Below are positions 60,900 to 64,000 of a DNA stretch of 64,000 nt, piece by piece. Below the pieces are notes generated by a model. That model saw only the letters and a program-made list of their open reading frames with translations, was not told where the DNA came from and did not search any database. Within the stretch, counting starts at the first letter, position 1, and each line of letters starts with the position of its first letter. The DNA is from Candidatus Zambryskiibacteriota bacterium (GTDB lineage Bacteria; Patescibacteriota; Minisyncoccia; Phycocordibacterales; WO2-35-19), in NCBI GenBank assembly GCA_963840745.1, contig CAWJAC010000004.1:4027-68026 (forward strand). The letters run 5' to 3'. The translations under genes were made by a program, and so were the position numbers.

Positions 60900-61673
60900 A
60901 TGGGAATAATAATCCCAATATTTTTGATACTGGTTATTCTGGTTTTTTATTTTTATTGGTCTCTAAAAAAAAGAGAAAAAGAAATTGTAAAGGAAAGGGA
61001 AGAATCAACCCGCCGTCTTTACGAACTGGCCATACTTAAAGAATTGGGGGAGCGCACCGGGTATTCTTTGAATATTGAGGAAATACTCCAGATTATCACC
61101 GGCTCGCTACGGCAATTTATTGATTATACGGCGGTTGGCTATATTGTTGTTGCTCCGGAAAAATTAAAAATAAATACTCACATTGAAAAACCGGTAAGCA
61201 GTTTGTTTCTAAAAGAAATGAAAAAGCGGATGATTGCTTCGCTCTCTGCCTTGACCGACAAATCCTTCTTGATTCCGCTACAGTTGGACGAGGTGGTTTC
61301 CGGAGCGATTATCGTTGACGAAATAAAACAGAGTATCGGTTCTTTGTTTAATATTCCGATTGTCATCGGCGGCGTGGTTGCTGGAGTTTTGTCGGTGGCT
61401 CATGTGGATGCCGGTTTGTACAAAGAAGAAGACATGACCATACTTTATAAAATTACGGCCCAGGCATCAGAGGCCGTTTCTCGCCTGGAAGAGGTGGTAA
61501 AAATGGAAAAAGGCAAACTGAATGCCATGGTGGAAAGTATGCAAGACGGAGTGCTGATGGTTGACACTGAGTATAGAATCGTAGTTGCCAATCCGGCTGT
61601 TAAAAAAATTATAAAGTTTGATGGCAAGAAGGACATAAACATTTTTGATTTTGTTGACTGCTCTTGGCGGTAA
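60900..61673 (+). CDS. sensor histidine kinase, N-terminal part (TM, GAF-like, start of PAS; frame changes at T-run 61649-61652)
   Basis: TM helix, sensory region, then PAS start MVESMQDGVLMVDTEYRIVVANPAVKKII...NIFD. This is followed by nonsense and a stop. Confidence 0.75.
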   Translation: MGIIIPIFLILVILVFYFYWSLKKREKEIVKEREESTRRLYELAILKELGERTGYSLNIEEILQIITGSLRQFIDYTAVGYIVVAPEKLKINTHIEKPVSSLFLKEMKKRMIASLSALTDKSFLIPLQLDEVVSGAIIVDEIKQSIGSLFNIPIVIGGVVAGVLSVAHVDAGLYKEEDMTILYKITAQASEAVSRLEEVVKMEKGKLNAMVESMQDGVLMVDTEYRIVVANPAVKKIIKFDGKKDINIFDFVDCSWR

Positions 61674-62634
61674 GTTTGATATTCACGGCAGGCTGGAAGA
61701 AGCCTTGGTCAATAAAAATTCTTTCGTCTCGGAAAGGATAAATATTGATGATTCTTTTTTTGAAATAGGAGTTTATCCGGTTTTGCACTTGCTCCAGAAA
61801 GGAGGCAGCCAGACACTGGGGGCGGTGGCCGTTTTTAATGACATCACTCACGATATAGAACTTGAAAGAGTCAGAGAAGAATTTACCGGCATGATTGTCC
61901 ACGAGCTCCGTTCGCCGCTTGATGGCATTAAAAAAATCGTAGAACTGGCGGTTTCCGGGAGAGTAGATCGAAATTCCGATCAATTTAAAGAATATCTGAG
62001 TATGATTCATCAGAACTCGTCGAGTATGCTTGAATTGGTCAATGATATTTTGGATCTTGCCAAACTGCAGGCGGGCAAGTTTGAAGTTGTTAAAGAAAAA
62101 GCGGACATAAAGGAAGTAATAGAAAACAGAATTTCTTTTTATAAAATTTCAGCTGACAGCAAGAAAATTTCTTTGGAGTCTCATTTTGACAGTAACTTGC
62201 CGAAACTTTCCGAATTTGATCCGCAAGCGCTCAAACAAATTCTTAATAATTTCCTGTCAAACGCTTTGAAATTTACCAAAGAGAGTGGCTCTATATTAAT
62301 TTCGGCATTTGTTTATGATCCCCAAAAGCCATTCCCTGAAGATTTGGATAAATCAAAGGTCTCGGTATTACCGGAGGCCGAGGATATAAACATAAAGGCA
62401 GCATCAATCTGTGTGGTCGTCTCGGATAATGGAGTGGGCATACCGGCAGAGAGCATGAAAGACTTGTTCCATACTTTTAAACAAGCCAAATTGAGTCCGG
62501 TTGATAAGGAAAGCAAAGGCACCGGTCTGGGACTTGTCATTGCCAAAGGTATTGCCGAGGCGCATGGCGGTACCATCGGCGTTGTTTCCAAAGAGGGTTT
62601 GGGCACCAGTTTCTTCTTTACAATACCTTTGTAG
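61645..62634 (+). CDS. sensor histidine kinase, C-terminal part (PAS end, HisKA, HATPase)
   Basis: ...LLTALGGKFDIHGRLEEAL..., H-box MIVHELRSPLDGI, N box LNNFLSNALKFT, G boxes DNGVGIP and GTGLGLVIA. Confidence 0.8.
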   Translation: MILLTALGGKFDIHGRLEEALVNKNSFVSERINIDDSFFEIGVYPVLHLLQKGGSQTLGAVAVFNDITHDIELERVREEFTGMIVHELRSPLDGIKKIVELAVSGRVDRNSDQFKEYLSMIHQNSSSMLELVNDILDLAKLQAGKFEVVKEKADIKEVIENRISFYKISADSKKISLESHFDSNLPKLSEFDPQALKQILNNFLSNALKFTKESGSILISAFVYDPQKPFPEDLDKSKVSVLPEAEDINIKAASICVVVSDNGVGIPAESMKDLFHTFKQAKLSPVDKESKGTGLGLVIAKGIAEAHGGTIGVVSKEGLGTSFFFTIPL

Positions 62635-62675
62635 AGGATATAATTAAACTTAGTCTTATTCGTAACATTCGCAAC

Positions 62676-63059
62676 ATGAAAAAGATATTAGTAATAGATG
62701 ATGATCAATTTTTCTCAAAAACTTTGGAAGCAGCATTGCCAGCCAACAAATATACTCTTATAAGCGCCGAAGATGGCGAAGTGGGTCTAGAAAAGCTTAG
62801 ATCCGAAAAACCGGATCTTATCATTCTTGATTTGATGATGCCAAAACTTGATGGTTCCGCTTTTCTAAAAAAACTCCAGGAATCAACCGACTTGCCAAAA
62901 GTGCCGATTCTAGTTTCCTCCAATCTTTCCAGTGTTAAAAAAATCAGCGATGTCATGGCTATGGGAGCGGTCGGCTACGTCATCAAATCAGACGAAAGTC
63001 TGCAGTCTATTGTTCAAGACATCGAACGAGTACTTGAAGTGGGAGAAAAAAAGGAATAA
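62676..63059 (+). CDS. response regulator, receiver domain only
   Basis: ILVIDDDQ..., DLIILDLMMPKLDG, conserved Ser/Lys positions. 127 aa with no output domain. Confidence 0.85.
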   Translation: MKKILVIDDDQFFSKTLEAALPANKYTLISAEDGEVGLEKLRSEKPDLIILDLMMPKLDGSAFLKKLQESTDLPKVPILVSSNLSSVKKISDVMAMGAVGYVIKSDESLQSIVQDIERVLEVGEKKE

Positions 63060-63090
63060 TTTTCTCTTTATAAAATTTTAATTAAACAAT

Positions 63091-63951
63091 ATGCTCAATC
63101 AATATTTTGGAGAAGAAGGAGCAAAAAGAATTTCTCAATGGATCTTTATATCACTGGTATTTCTTTCCATATTTCTTTTGGCAAATGTTCTGATAGATTT
63201 TAAAAGATTGCCAAATGTCGGCAAAGAAGTTTATCCGCAGTCAACCATTTCGGTCTCTGGTACCGGAGAGGCTTATGCTATTCCTGACATTGCCACTTTT
63301 AGTTTTTCAGTGACCGAGAACGACAAAACTATTAAAGCTGCCCAAGACAAAGCTAACCAAAAAATCAATGACGCTCTGGCGGCAGTTCGTGCATCCGGAG
63401 TAGCAGACAAGGATATCCAAACTACGGGTTATAATGTTTATCCGAAATATGAATACTCAAGTTCTATCTGTCCGAGACCCCCTACTCCAACTATGGACAG
63501 CACCGGAGGCGGCGTAAGCGGTGGAGTTGCAATTTACTGCCCGCCCGGCAAGCAGATTTTAACTGGTTATGAAGTTGATCAAACTATTACTGTTAAAGTG
63601 CGGGATACGAGTAAAGTGGGAGATTTGGTCACCAAAGTTGGAGCATTAGCAGTTTCCAGCATAAGCGGCATAGAATTTAGTGTTGATAACAGGGAACAAT
63701 ATGTGGCTCAAGCTAGAGCTCAAGCTATAACCGACGCCAAAGATAAAGCCAAAGAACTTGCTAAAGAGCTTGGAGTAAGACTTGGCAGCATTCTTTCCTA
63801 TAATGAGAACGGCAGTAATCCAATCTACAACAGCGCAATGGGGTTAGGTGGAACAGATATGAAAAGCTTGGCTGTTCCGGCAGTTGCAGAAGTTCCAACC
63901 GGTGAAAACAAAATAACTTCAGATGTAAGCATCACTTATGAGATTAAATAA
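63091..63951 (+). CDS. SIMPL/DUF541-family periplasmic protein
   Basis: N-terminal TM helix. ISVSGTGEAYAIPDIATFSFSV... and C-terminal ...GENKITSDVSITYEIK are typical of the SIMPL (26-kDa periplasmic immunogenic protein) family. Confidence 0.7.
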   Translation: MLNQYFGEEGAKRISQWIFISLVFLSIFLLANVLIDFKRLPNVGKEVYPQSTISVSGTGEAYAIPDIATFSFSVTENDKTIKAAQDKANQKINDALAAVRASGVADKDIQTTGYNVYPKYEYSSSICPRPPTPTMDSTGGGVSGGVAIYCPPGKQILTGYEVDQTITVKVRDTSKVGDLVTKVGALAVSSISGIEFSVDNREQYVAQARAQAITDAKDKAKELAKELGVRLGSILSYNENGSNPIYNSAMGLGGTDMKSLAVPAVAEVPTGENKITSDVSITYEIK

Positions 63952-64000
63952 AAATTTGACAAGGATTTTGATTCATGTATAATGAAATTACAATTTAATA

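Noticed and set aside
1-64000. CRISPR arrays, rRNA genes, transposases/IS elements, integrases, reverse transcriptases, and classical toxin-antitoxin or restriction-modification genes.
   Set aside because: Reading both strands and the ORF track, I saw no regularly spaced direct repeats and no ORF with the corresponding motifs. The only repeat families found are the comM-end triplication, the two conserved-core hairpins and the TTATTCGT leader motif. A computational repeat search could still find short arrays that I missed.

Overview
This 64-kb window is an AT-rich, tightly packed bacterial chromosome segment using standard code 11. TGA, TAA and TAG all terminate conserved genes. The content fits a Candidate Phyla Radiation / Patescibacteria (Parcubacteria-like) genome: small housekeeping genes, several type IV pilin-like genes, S5 followed directly by L15 with no L30, fragmented ribosomal-protein operons, very few Shine-Dalgarno sites, several TATAAT-N6-ATG (leaderless-type) starts and many orphan genes. 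I can support about 80 CDS. These include tpiA-pgk; recJ; rnhA; a split comEC flanking a SOD gene; two HK + receiver-only RR pairs; rpsL-rpsG-fusA; pnp; comM; smpB; ftsH; recG; and rpsN-rpsH-rplF-rplR-rpsE-rplO-secY-adk-map-ndk. They also include rny, clpP, tig, nusA and tuf-rpsJ-rplC-rplD-rplW-rplB-rplS. There are four tRNAs (Ile-UAU, Ser-GCU, Leu-GAG, His-GUG), a hand-identified tmRNA and several intrinsic terminators. Five observations stand out. (1) An accessory hotspot at 21.3-23.9 kb lies between the comM 3' end and the ssrA 3' end. Three direct copies of the last 11 codons of comM bracket two ~0.7-kb cassettes: one GC-richer orphan, and one small-protein + retropepsin-like protease pair. 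A decayed capA-like gene follows. (2) An unclassified structured RNA at 37339-37497 has a promoter, a 13-bp closing helix, internal hairpins and a terminator, and sits upstream of a small membrane protein. (3) A long hairpin with an identical 41-nt core occurs twice, after pgk and between secY and adk. (4) A shared leader design (hairpin + U-run + TTATTCGT repeats abutting the ATG) precedes fusA, nusA and a response regulator. (5) A PNAG/chitin-like exopolysaccharide locus at 53.6-60.0 kb carries a small TM protein, a processive GT2, two GH18-like proteins, a GAF protein and a CBM-CE4 deacetylase. Caveat: at least six genes (pnp, beta-CASP RNase, CE4 deacetylase, a histidine kinase, an 88-aa gene, possibly rpsJ) are interrupted by single-base indels in homopolymer runs. 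Consensus error must be excluded before calling them pseudogenes. No CRISPR array, rRNA, transposase or integrase was seen.
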